The translations under genes and the position numbers were made by a program. The notes under the pieces were generated by a model. It saw only the letters and a program-made list of their open reading frames with translations. It did no database searches and had not been told where the DNA came from. This document shows, in pieces, positions 19,857-29,391 of a stretch of 64,000 bases of DNA. The stretch spans positions 4,032,001-4,096,000 of the forward strand of contig CBDCJV010000002.1 in assembly GCA_965217895.1 (NCBI GenBank). Reading direction: 5' to 3'. The stretch's first letter is position 1. The number at the start of each line of letters is the position of its first letter. The DNA is from Waterburya sp. GTDB lineage: Bacteria; Cyanobacteriota; Cyanobacteriia; Cyanobacteriales; Xenococcaceae.

Positions 19857-21476
19857 CTACTTTAAATTACTGGGTATCATAGTGCGATCGCCGCAGGCTT
19901 TGGGATCGAATGCCGTTTGAATCGAATAATCATAATCTAATTCAGGATGAAAGTAAGAGCTATAAATAAAGGCATACTTTAAAGATGCTGTTGGTGCAGT
20001 TTGGGTATCTTCTCCCATATGTTTACTTAGCAAACAAACCTGTTCGTTAGGCTTTATTTGTTCCATAAATTCTGCTTTAGCCCCATGGTAAACATATTTG
20101 TCTAAAGACAAAAATAATGGTCTGGCGTAGAAGCTACCAATTTTGACTAAGACTATGATTAGGAAAACAACATAGACTAATCCCATATATCTTGGCTGTA
20201 GCCATCGTCCTAAAAGCTGTCTATTTTTGGGTAAAGAAATTAAATAAAGGTTAAAAGATACTAAACAGATCATCCAGTACATAAAGTATCTCAGTTCATG
20301 AGATTGAGGAAAATTCAAAGGAACTAGAGAAATAACAAGTAGCGTCAAAAAAGCAACGCTAGCCTCTCTAGATTTGGCAAAATTATTGTTTTGTTCAGTT
20401 TTTAATTGTGTAAAGTCAGTTCTGTTTCTATTGATTAACAGATACTTATTGAGAGTTATTTCTCTAAGCAGAAATCCTGTCAGCAGTAGCAAATTAAATA
20501 CTACATAAGCCCCGAAGAAGCCTCCCCGCCGATTTCTTTGAGGGAAATCGCTCCATTGATCTGGTTTCCAAAAGTGAGGCGCATTTATTTCTAGTACTGA
20601 AGTAATCCAGTTTATTTGACGATTGCCTCCTTCAAAGGCATCTGGAGCTAGCTTATGGTTTAGTACAATTCCCGCTACCTGAATTTTGATAGGATAAAAA
20701 GGATTAGCGTAGACAACTGTATTTTTGACTGGACTTGCATAAATAATGACGATCGCCAATAAAGTAATTAGCAGAGTTTTGACTATTTGTTTTGCTGCTG
20801 GTTTTTGTTGCCAATAGAGCCAAGCAAGTCGAGAAATGGTAAAAATCAAAATAAATAAAACTAAAGGCTGTAGCTGAGTTTTAGTATTAACAGCGATCGC
20901 AGCACCGATAAAGGCAATCAGTAACTCTGAGAAATTTGGTAATTGCTTATTTTTATAAAAGCTATAGGTCATCATTACCAAAATAGATGTACCAACATTC
21001 CCAAATAAATCCACGTAGCTAGTAGTAGCGTTAGTCAAAACTAAAGGAATCGACAATAAAGCGATCGCCGATAAATAAAAAGGAACTTTAAAATAAGCTC
21101 TAAGAAAGAAGAAATAGCCAATAATACTCAAAAAGCCAACTAAGTTAGTTGATTGAATTCTTCCCGTGGTTTTCCAGAAGAATCCTTGCAAAAAATGCGC
21201 CAACAAAGGAAAACCATCAAATCGAGGTTCAAACCATTTTTCGTCTCCTAAAAACATTTCTTTGGGCAAAATGCCCCAGATTCTGCCAGCAAAAGGTAAA
21301 TGATACCAGCCAGGATCGTAGTTATTGTCAATATCAATGACTGCCTTGAGGAAAAGAGAAATAACTAGGGGGATGACAACTAAATATAAGATTGTCTCTA
21401 TTCCTATACTTGTTACTTTTTCTAGCCTGTATGGTTTTGATTGTTCTTTTTTACTAACTAAATTCAACATCGGCAA
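19857..21476 (-). CDS. Polytopic membrane protein, putative GT-C glycosyltransferase (paralog 1)
   Basis: Same motif set: DPGWYHLP, YVDL, KTQ, ANPFYP, NFPQSHELRY. Confidence 0.6.
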   Translation of the reverse strand: MPMLNLVSKKEQSKPYRLEKVTSIGIETILYLVVIPLVISLFLKAVIDIDNNYDPGWYHLPFAGRIWGILPKEMFLGDEKWFEPRFDGFPLLAHFLQGFFWKTTGRIQSTNLVGFLSIIGYFFFLRAYFKVPFYLSAIALLSIPLVLTNATTSYVDLFGNVGTSILVMMTYSFYKNKQLPNFSELLIAFIGAAIAVNTKTQLQPLVLFILIFTISRLAWLYWQQKPAAKQIVKTLLITLLAIVIIYASPVKNTVVYANPFYPIKIQVAGIVLNHKLAPDAFEGGNRQINWITSVLEINAPHFWKPDQWSDFPQRNRRGGFFGAYVVFNLLLLTGFLLREITLNKYLLINRNRTDFTQLKTEQNNNFAKSREASVAFLTLLVISLVPLNFPQSHELRYFMYWMICLVSFNLYLISLPKNRQLLGRWLQPRYMGLVYVVFLIIVLVKIGSFYARPLFLSLDKYVYHGAKAEFMEQIKPNEQVCLLSKHMGEDTQTAPTASLKYAFIYSSYFHPELDYDYSIQTAFDPKACGDRTMIPSNLK

Positions 21477-21627
21477 TAATTTTTAAGAGATAAAGAGATG
21501 AAGTATTAGGTTAGGACAATGAGGCTGATTTGCTCGTAGGCAATAGTTAGTAGTTAAAAAAATGTCCTAATATTTTTACGTATTAATATAAATGCTATCT
21601 TGCTGATAAATGTTCAATGTTCAATGA

Positions 21628-22650
21628 TTACTGGTTTTCCTTTGGTGTAAATAAAGCAAATCGCTCAACCAAAGCAACTACAGCAAACACGGCTAAAACA
21701 ATCACCACCGCAACGATGTAGAGAAATCTTTGCATTAGCGAAAACTGAACTGCCATGGCATCTGGTACATCAAATAACCTTAATAAACCAATCCAGCTAA
21801 ATTCCATTAGTCCCAAATTAGCTGGAGTAAAGCTGAGTAACATTGCCAACTGGACAATGGGCGTAACAAAAACTACTGCCGATAGCTTAATTTTAAAGCC
21901 TCCGGCGATCGCAATTAAGATCCCGCGAATAATCCAAACGATATAGCGAACTACGGAAATCCAATAAAGGTAAAGAGTAAAATTTTTACCTAATACAGAA
22001 TCTTTGCCCACTTTTGCTGCTGGTTGAACATCAGCCTTGTTTTTGCCTGGTTTTAGCCCTTTAACCCAGGAGAGAAATTTAATCAGTGAAGTAATCAGGC
22101 TGCGATGCCATTTATTGATCATAAAATGAACTGCAATAATTGTGGCAATCCAGATCCAAACCGCTACAGATAAAGAAATATAGTTAAAGACAAACAGAAT
22201 TGCAGCAGGAAAAAGCAAGAAAGGAATTAAAAAATTAAAAAATTGATCGTAAACAACTAATAAAAAACCCTTAGAAATTGAACTAATTTTATGAACTCTT
22301 AAAGCTAGGTTTTGTACCATCACCATGCCCACATACTGAGGCATAAACTGCATGGTTAATGAGCCTAAAGTTGTATAAAAAAAATAAAACTTTAAGGGCT
22401 GTTGGCTATCGGGAGTAAGCTTTTGGGTGACCAAGCCCCACTTATATGCCGATAAAAAAGTATGTACAATTAATGCCGTAATTGCCAGTCCAGCATAGAC
22501 TGGATTTAGACTATAAAAGGTAGTAACAACTTCCTCTACGTCTACATTTGTAAAGCGCAGAATCAACCAGACTAAGAAAAATCCTAGACCCAGAGATAAG
22601 ATACTAGATATAACGTTTTTCTTAGTTAACATTTGTTGTTTATTATTCAA
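21628..22650 (-). CDS. Lysylphosphatidylglycerol-synthase TM domain (UPF0104) flippase-like protein
   Basis: About 8 TM helices; AYKW, FTPANLGLME and QRF motifs typical of LPG_synthase_TM; alternative ATG at 22632. Confidence 0.75.
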   Translation of the reverse strand: MNNKQQMLTKKNVISSILSLGLGFFLVWLILRFTNVDVEEVVTTFYSLNPVYAGLAITALIVHTFLSAYKWGLVTQKLTPDSQQPLKFYFFYTTLGSLTMQFMPQYVGMVMVQNLALRVHKISSISKGFLLVVYDQFFNFLIPFLLFPAAILFVFNYISLSVAVWIWIATIIAVHFMINKWHRSLITSLIKFLSWVKGLKPGKNKADVQPAAKVGKDSVLGKNFTLYLYWISVVRYIVWIIRGILIAIAGGFKIKLSAVVFVTPIVQLAMLLSFTPANLGLMEFSWIGLLRLFDVPDAMAVQFSLMQRFLYIVAVVIVLAVFAVVALVERFALFTPKENQ

Positions 22651-22701
22651 TATTTGGCTACTAACAGAAACTGCACTGCAATTAAATTAAACATTCAAAG
22701 A

Positions 22702-23664
22702 TTACTCTACCTTAGAATCAAGACCGCTTTGAGCAACGGCTATATCGTATCCCCATTTAGTTTCCAAGTCCAAGCCAGTTAGTGCCGATATCTTGGCAAC
22801 CTCTGGCTGATATTGCTGCATTAATTTGAGTCTGATTGATTCAGGCATACTAGCTTTGGGGGCTTGATGCCAAAAGAATCTTTCAACGATATTATCCCGT
22901 ACAAAATCATTAAATTCTTGAGAAAGCAGGTTTTTAGAAATGTTTTTAACCAGAGGATTATTAACTAAATTGTTAATTGCTGAAAACTTAACTTCTTTAT
23001 TAACGTTAATTGCACCATATTCAGGAGTAAAGCGAGGATTTACGCCGAGGAATTCTAAAATCTCTCGATAAATACGCTCATTTTCTGACTTAAACTCCTC
23101 AAAAATTACTATTTTGATTTGCTCTGCTTTAAAGCGATCGCAATATCTTTTTACCTGCTGATAATATTTAACTCTTTGGTCGTAGTAAAGATAGCTAGGG
23201 CTGGTAACCCTAGGACTAGGATACTTTTCCTGTTTACGCTCCTCTTCCTTTGCCAAAGCGGTCAAAAAGTCTGGCTCGTTTTCTTCAGTAAACTTGACGT
23301 AGTGGCTGTGAAGAGAATAGAGATATTTAGCTGGTTCACGCAGAATAATAATTATTTTAGCATCGGGATTAAAGTTATAAATCTTTTCTGCTGCTACCTG
23401 AGAATAAAGATAGTTGGTCGAAGATTCCCCAACAATTTTCGCCCCATCTGTTCGTGCAAAAAGCTGTAGATAAGCAGACTCACTTCTAAAGTCAAAAAAA
23501 CGCTGTTTACCATAAAAGCGATCGCTTTCTAAATGAAAGTCAGAGCAAAAAAAATGTGGCTCTTTGATGCTGGACATAAAGATCTCAGGATGCTGTCCCA
23601 AAAACTGATGTAAAGCCGTTGTTCCAGATTTTGGTTGACCGACAATAAATAAGTTAGGCTTCAT
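22702..23664 (-). CDS. Sulfotransferase
   Basis: 5'-PSB loop PNLFIVGQPKSGTTAL, KEPHFF, GESSTNY, 3'-PB motif ILREP...YS. Confidence 0.9.
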   Translation of the reverse strand: MKPNLFIVGQPKSGTTALHQFLGQHPEIFMSSIKEPHFFCSDFHLESDRFYGKQRFFDFRSESAYLQLFARTDGAKIVGESSTNYLYSQVAAEKIYNFNPDAKIIIILREPAKYLYSLHSHYVKFTEENEPDFLTALAKEEERKQEKYPSPRVTSPSYLYYDQRVKYYQQVKRYCDRFKAEQIKIVIFEEFKSENERIYREILEFLGVNPRFTPEYGAINVNKEVKFSAINNLVNNPLVKNISKNLLSQEFNDFVRDNIVERFFWHQAPKASMPESIRLKLMQQYQPEVAKISALTGLDLETKWGYDIAVAQSGLDSKVE

Positions 23665-23693
23665 GGATTTTGACAAGTTATGAGTAGAAAAGC

Positions 23694-24629
23694 TTAGGTT
23701 TGAGTCTGTAGTTTTGCCTTCAGTCTGGCAGATACCCGCTCTTGAATTCGAGAATCTTGCCAATATCTGTGCCATCCTCCAGGACCTAATAAAACAAAAT
23801 CAGTAGCAAGCTTAAATAGCTGAGTCGATTCACCATGAACCATTGCTGCTAAAGTAGTGTTGACCTCTGTGGAGAAAAAGGCAACTTTGGCAACTTGAGT
23901 TGATTTTGACTGAAGATATTTGTCTACCACCGAGCGCATCTGTTGACGAAACTCGGCTACGCTAGAGCTTCGACGGATGGTTTGAGAATCACCATGTACC
24001 CTAAAAGCTGCTAAAGGCTGCGAAATATAGTAAGTTTTTCCCGCTGAAGCAAGCTTGAGCCAAAAGTCCCAGTCAGCGGTATACCAGAGATCGTTATTTA
24101 GTCCACCTAAATCAAGAGCAGCTTGGCGATTGAATACAGGAGAAGGGATGGCAATAAAGTTCTGGATTACCAGCTTCTGGATCATTTCTTGAGCAGATAC
24201 TACCTGACGATCCTTGAGAGGACATTGCCAGAGACCCAGGGGTTTACCTTCTCGATCGATAAATACTGAGTCATGGAGATAAAGACTAGCTTGGGGATGA
24301 GTTGCGATCGCTTTTTTAATGGCATTTAAACGCCCTTGCAGCCAAAGATCATCCTGATGCAGAAAACAGGCATATTTTCCCCTCGCCACGGAAAGAGCAT
24401 GGTTAGTATTGGCTACCCAGTTACCCTGTCTGGCTTTAGTAATCAGCTTGACATTAAGCTTATCCTTAAAGCTCTCAACAATGTCTAAAGTATTGTCTGT
24501 CGAGCCATCATCAATGACAACACATTCAAGTTCGGGATCTTGCTGCATCAATATAGAATCAAGTGCTGCTGCTAGATACTTACTGCCATTGTAGGTAGGA
24601 ACAATTACTGATAACCAAGGTTGAATCAT
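23694..24629 (-). CDS. GT2 glycosyltransferase
   Basis: SVIVPTYNG, IDDGSTD, LHQDD, DWDFW; 4-bp overlap with the upstream GT2. Confidence 0.92.
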   Translation of the reverse strand: MIQPWLSVIVPTYNGSKYLAAALDSILMQQDPELECVVIDDGSTDNTLDIVESFKDKLNVKLITKARQGNWVANTNHALSVARGKYACFLHQDDLWLQGRLNAIKKAIATHPQASLYLHDSVFIDREGKPLGLWQCPLKDRQVVSAQEMIQKLVIQNFIAIPSPVFNRQAALDLGGLNNDLWYTADWDFWLKLASAGKTYYISQPLAAFRVHGDSQTIRRSSSVAEFRQQMRSVVDKYLQSKSTQVAKVAFFSTEVNTTLAAMVHGESTQLFKLATDFVLLGPGGWHRYWQDSRIQERVSARLKAKLQTQT

Positions 24630-25822
24630 CGTTTTAATCCTAAAATACTTAAGAAGAAACTAGAGAAGATTGTTTGAATACCCAAGGCTAAACAAGTTAC
24701 CCCAGGAATAATGATCGGCATGGTTTCAGTCGGATTTAGTGAACCAAAATCATGTTCTCCCCAAATACCAAAGGCATATACTGATGCTGCTGTACCCATT
24801 ATAAATAGAGCGCAACCAGCGATCAAACCTGTTTCAAGGTTAAGATATTTTAATAGTCTGTTTAAGCGTCTATCCTCAGGTAATAGTCCTTCACTAATGC
24901 CAAACACTTTAGTAAACAAAGCAAACATAACGATTTGAAAACCAATAGTCATTGCCGTGGATGAATATAGCAGGCTATGTACTTTGGGACTTGGCAAAAG
25001 GGATAGAGTTGCTAGCAAACCACCCAAAATCAAAAAGATGCCAGGATAGAAGAACAACCAACGAGGGCTATACATTAATAGGAAGCGTAGGTGTCTCCAA
25101 CCATCTCGCCAGGTATTGAGGTGAGGAGGACGACTACGACCGTCAGGAGATAGAGTAGTAGGCACTTCGGTAATCTGCATTTTATGAAGGGTAGCTTTAA
25201 CTACCATCTCGCTAGCGAATTCCATGCCTGTAGTTTGCAAATCTAAATTAGTAATCGCATCTTTGCGAAAACCTCTTAAACCACAGTGAAAGTCGTCACA
25301 GGGACTACCAAATAGAAGCTTACCAATACCAGTTAAAACTGGATTTCCTAAATAACGGTGTAGAAAAGGCATTGCTCCTGATTCGATGCCACCTTTGAAA
25401 CGATTTCCCATTACTAGGTCATAACCATTGCGTAACTTTTTAATAAAAGGATTGAGATTACTAAAGTCATAGCTATCATCAGCATCACCCATAATGATGT
25501 ACTGACCTTTAGCCGCTTCAATACCACCTTTTAGCGCGCTACCGTAACCTTTTGTAGGGATATTAACTACTCTGGCATTAAGTCTTCTGGCAATTTCTTG
25601 AGAGCCATCGTCACTGCCGTTGTCGGCAATAATTACTTCTCCTGCAAGGTCGTTTTCGGCAATAAACCATTGAGCTTTCTTAATACAGGTTTCTAAGGTT
25701 TCTGCCTCGTTTAAACAGGGCATGATAATGGAAACTTCGATCGCATTAGCTGTATTAGTTTGCTCGATACGATTGAATCGTCCACTAACCAGTGTTTCTC
25801 TTGTGCTTACGTTACCCAACAT
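24626..25822 (-). CDS. GT2 polyprenyl/dolichyl-phosphate sugar synthase-like protein with C-terminal TM helices
   Basis: IMPCLNE, ADNGSDD, GYGSAL, MGDADDSYD, GNRF, DFHCGLRGF, WRDGWRHLRF; four C-terminal TM segments. Confidence 0.88.
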   Translation of the reverse strand: MLGNVSTRETLVSGRFNRIEQTNTANAIEVSIIMPCLNEAETLETCIKKAQWFIAENDLAGEVIIADNGSDDGSQEIARRLNARVVNIPTKGYGSALKGGIEAAKGQYIIMGDADDSYDFSNLNPFIKKLRNGYDLVMGNRFKGGIESGAMPFLHRYLGNPVLTGIGKLLFGSPCDDFHCGLRGFRKDAITNLDLQTTGMEFASEMVVKATLHKMQITEVPTTLSPDGRSRPPHLNTWRDGWRHLRFLLMYSPRWLFFYPGIFLILGGLLATLSLLPSPKVHSLLYSSTAMTIGFQIVMFALFTKVFGISEGLLPEDRRLNRLLKYLNLETGLIAGCALFIMGTAASVYAFGIWGEHDFGSLNPTETMPIIIPGVTCLALGIQTIFSSFFLSILGLKR

Positions 25823-26650
25823 TAATTAATCCTCTTTGCGATAATTATGAAAAAAATTCTAGACTGAACCTGATTGCTTCTTTTGATAGATACTTAAATT
25901 ATTTTCTTCAATACTCTTGACTTAATAGCTAAACTTAAAAAAATAAAATATAAGATAACTAGTAACCCTAAAAAAGAAATCAATTAAAGTATTTGTTTTC
26001 AAATGCTTATTAGACAAGGTTTCGATCAAACAATGGTGTTTATTCTAAAATCAGTACGGTTTATATCTAAATAAAGTAAAAGCTAATATAATCAAGACTT
26101 TTACATTTGCCTAGATCGAAATCGCGTTTACGAATGAGATTCGTTATCATTTTGGCAAAAAGTTTTTTCAACACAAAAAGTAAAAAAAACGGGTAATGAA
26201 TAAGTTTGAGATAGTAATTAAGCTTCTCTTAATAAAGTACCTAATCAGTGTAAAAGTCTGGTGAATGAAATTTAAGTTGATTTGCGGTAATGATCGGCAG
26301 CAAGTAGCTTGATAAGCTGCACTAAATTTTTCCTTCTGCTTTTTTCAGTAGCCCAAGTTCTAGCAAAAAGCAACAAAAGAGAATCGATAGGTCGAGTAAA
26401 AAAATATAATTATATGTACGGACAGACAAGATGTTAGAAATCGAGCAATAAAATATAAAATATGATGATTGTTAACTAGAGAACATATGCTGAATATCTG
26501 CCTATTAATAAGCAAAACACTAAATTTTTGCCTATTAATATAATAGTTGATCTTTGACTTACATTTGAATTATACCTGAATAAATCTACTTTATTTACCA
26601 AACATAGGTTCTAATTAATAACCAACTATATTGAGCAACAATATTCCTCA

Positions 26651-29386
26651 ATGCAATTCAAGCAAAAGATAATCGTGACGCTGCTATTTATAGCGATCGC
26701 AACTTTAACCTTAGTTTCTAGCCTTGTCCACTTGTTAACCGAGTCTTGGTGGTTTGAGGCAGTTGGCTTTGAGGCGATTTTTTGGCAGCGTATTATTTGG
26801 CAAGTATCTATTTGGCTAGTTGCCTTTGCTGTTTTTGTAGTGTTTTTAGGGTTTAATTATTGGTTAGCGTTAAAATTGACGAGCGATCGCAGCTTTAGAT
26901 TTCTAGAATCTAATGAATTTGAACCTTATACTGCCAAGATTGCCAATTACACGGCTGCATTGCTTATTTTCTTAGCTTCTCTAACTATTGCTAATCTCAG
27001 CGCAGCATCTTGGGAACAAATTCTACAATTTTTCAATGCCTCTGAGTTTAATCGTTTCGAGCCGATCTACCAAAAAGATATTGGCTTTTATTTATTCCGT
27101 TTACCTCTTTTTGACAACTTGAAAAATTGGTTTCTCACCCTGTTAATTTCAGGCTCGATTCTAGCAGCCTTGGTTTATGTATTCAAAGGAACTATTCGCT
27201 TTAATTGGCAGTGGAAAAGCTTAATCCTTGAGGACAATTGGCAGAAGCTCTTAACAAAGCCAATCAAGATACATATTTGTTTTTTATTAGCAGCGATCGC
27301 TCTTGATATTGCCGTTGATTTTTGGCTGGAGCGTTATGAACTACTCTATTCTTCTCAAGGCGTAGTTTGGGGCGCAGACTATACCAGTACCCATGCCCGC
27401 TTGCTGGCATTTTGGGTGATGATTGTCGCTTCGGTACTCTTAGGACTCTGGTTAATCATTTCTACCTGGTCTAATAAACTCCAACTTCCTGTCTACGGCA
27501 TTGGTATATACGCCGTAATTCTCATTCTGTTTAATGGGATTTTTCCTGAGTTACAGCAGCGTTTTGTCGTCGAACCCAACGAATTAGCTAAGGAGATGCC
27601 CTATATTAAGCATAATATTGAGTTTACGCGGTCGGCTTATGATTTAGACAAGATCGATACAAAAGATTACCAATTAAATTTAGCAGGCAATTCTAATCCT
27701 AATGTTCTGCAAGAAAACCAAGCCACCATTGATAATATTCCTCTGTGGGACTATCGCCCCCTACTAACTACCTATCGACAGCTACAGGAAATCCGCTTTT
27801 ACTATAAATTTCTGGATGTTGATGTTGATCGCTACACCCTCAATGGCGATTATCGTCAGATGATGCTTTCTCCCAGGGAATTTGATTATAGTCAAGTTCC
27901 CGCCTCTGCTAAAACCTGGGTCAACCGCCGACTCAAGTATACTCATGGTTATGGCTTGGTCATGAACCCCGTCAATGAAGTCACTACTGATGGTCTACCA
28001 GTCTTATTTGTCAAAAACATTCCTCCCGTTTCTGAGACAGATTTAGCTATTAAAGAACCAGGAATTTACTATGGTGAGTTGACTCAAGACTATATCTATA
28101 CGGGAATGAATACCCCTGAGTTTGACTATCCCCGTGGAGATGAAAATGCCTTTAGCAAATACGATGGTGTAGGTGGTGTCCCCATTGGTAATTGGTTACG
28201 TAAGCTGGCGTATGCCTACGATCGAGGCAGTTTAAAAATTCTTATTTCCAATTACTTTACCTCAAATTCTCGCATTCACTATCACCGACAAATATCAGAG
28301 CGAGTGCGCCATGTTGCCCCTTTTCTGCAATTCGATAATGACCCCTATATGGTGGTGGTAAATGGTAGGCTCAAGTGGATTATCGATGCTTATACTACAA
28401 GCGATCGCTATCCTTATTCTGAAGCTGTGGCACACGAACAAAAAACGGAATTAATCACCGATAAAAATATTAACTACGTTCGTAGTCCCGCTAAAGTAGT
28501 TGTGGATGCCAAAGATGGCACAATGCAGTTTTACGTTGTTGATGAAAACGAGCCTGTCCTAAATACTTACCGCAAGATATTTCCCAATCTATTTAAGGGC
28601 AAAGATACTATCCCCCCAGAAATTCAGGCTCATTTTCGTTATCCCCAAGATTTATTTAAAGTTCAAGCCAGAATGTACTTGAGCTATCACATGGAAGATC
28701 CTCAAGTATTTTATAACCGCGAGGATGACTGGCGTTTTGCTACCGAACTCTATAATGATCGACAGCAGCCAGTTGAACCTGATTATTTAATTATGAAGTT
28801 GCCAGGAGAAACTAAAGAAGAATTTTCTTTAGTTCTCCCTTTTACCCCCGTCAACCGCGATAACATGATTGCCTGGATGGCTGCTCGTTCGGATGGCGAT
28901 AATTACGGCAAACTTAGCCTTTATGAATTCCCTAAACAAGAACTAGTATATGGTTCTTTTCAGATCGAAGCCAGAATCGATCAAGATCCTGAAATTGCCC
29001 AACAAATAACCCTTTGGAGTCAAACAGGTTCGAGGGTAATTAGAGGAGATATTCTGGTCATTCCCATCGATGGTTCAATACTTTATGTCCAACCTCTATA
29101 TCTGCGCGCTGCTAAAGGTCAGTTACCCGAACTCACCCGCATTATTGTCTCCTACGACAAACAAATTGTTATGACTCCCAGTTTAGAACAATCTTTGGCT
29201 GCGGTATTTAAACAAGTCCCCACCCAATTGAACCCCTCTATAAATCCTGCCACAGCAGATACTCAAGCCCAGCAATCTGCACTAGAAATATATCGGCAAG
29301 CTCAACAAGCTTTACAACAAGGAAACTGGGTAGAATACGGACGCTATCAGCAACAGCTACAGGATATTTTGCAAAAATCAAATTAA
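26651..29386 (+). CDS. UPF0182 family membrane protein
   Basis: WWFEAVGF, DIGFYLFRLP, VEPNELAKE.PYI, YTHGYG, PFLQFDNDPY, RYPQDLF. Confidence 0.93.
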   Translation: MQFKQKIIVTLLFIAIATLTLVSSLVHLLTESWWFEAVGFEAIFWQRIIWQVSIWLVAFAVFVVFLGFNYWLALKLTSDRSFRFLESNEFEPYTAKIANYTAALLIFLASLTIANLSAASWEQILQFFNASEFNRFEPIYQKDIGFYLFRLPLFDNLKNWFLTLLISGSILAALVYVFKGTIRFNWQWKSLILEDNWQKLLTKPIKIHICFLLAAIALDIAVDFWLERYELLYSSQGVVWGADYTSTHARLLAFWVMIVASVLLGLWLIISTWSNKLQLPVYGIGIYAVILILFNGIFPELQQRFVVEPNELAKEMPYIKHNIEFTRSAYDLDKIDTKDYQLNLAGNSNPNVLQENQATIDNIPLWDYRPLLTTYRQLQEIRFYYKFLDVDVDRYTLNGDYRQMMLSPREFDYSQVPASAKTWVNRRLKYTHGYGLVMNPVNEVTTDGLPVLFVKNIPPVSETDLAIKEPGIYYGELTQDYIYTGMNTPEFDYPRGDENAFSKYDGVGGVPIGNWLRKLAYAYDRGSLKILISNYFTSNSRIHYHRQISERVRHVAPFLQFDNDPYMVVVNGRLKWIIDAYTTSDRYPYSEAVAHEQKTELITDKNINYVRSPAKVVVDAKDGTMQFYVVDENEPVLNTYRKIFPNLFKGKDTIPPEIQAHFRYPQDLFKVQARMYLSYHMEDPQVFYNREDDWRFATELYNDRQQPVEPDYLIMKLPGETKEEFSLVLPFTPVNRDNMIAWMAARSDGDNYGKLSLYEFPKQELVYGSFQIEARIDQDPEIAQQITLWSQTGSRVIRGDILVIPIDGSILYVQPLYLRAAKGQLPELTRIIVSYDKQIVMTPSLEQSLAAVFKQVPTQLNPSINPATADTQAQQSALEIYRQAQQALQQGNWVEYGRYQQQLQDILQKSN

Positions 29387-29391
29387 ACTAG

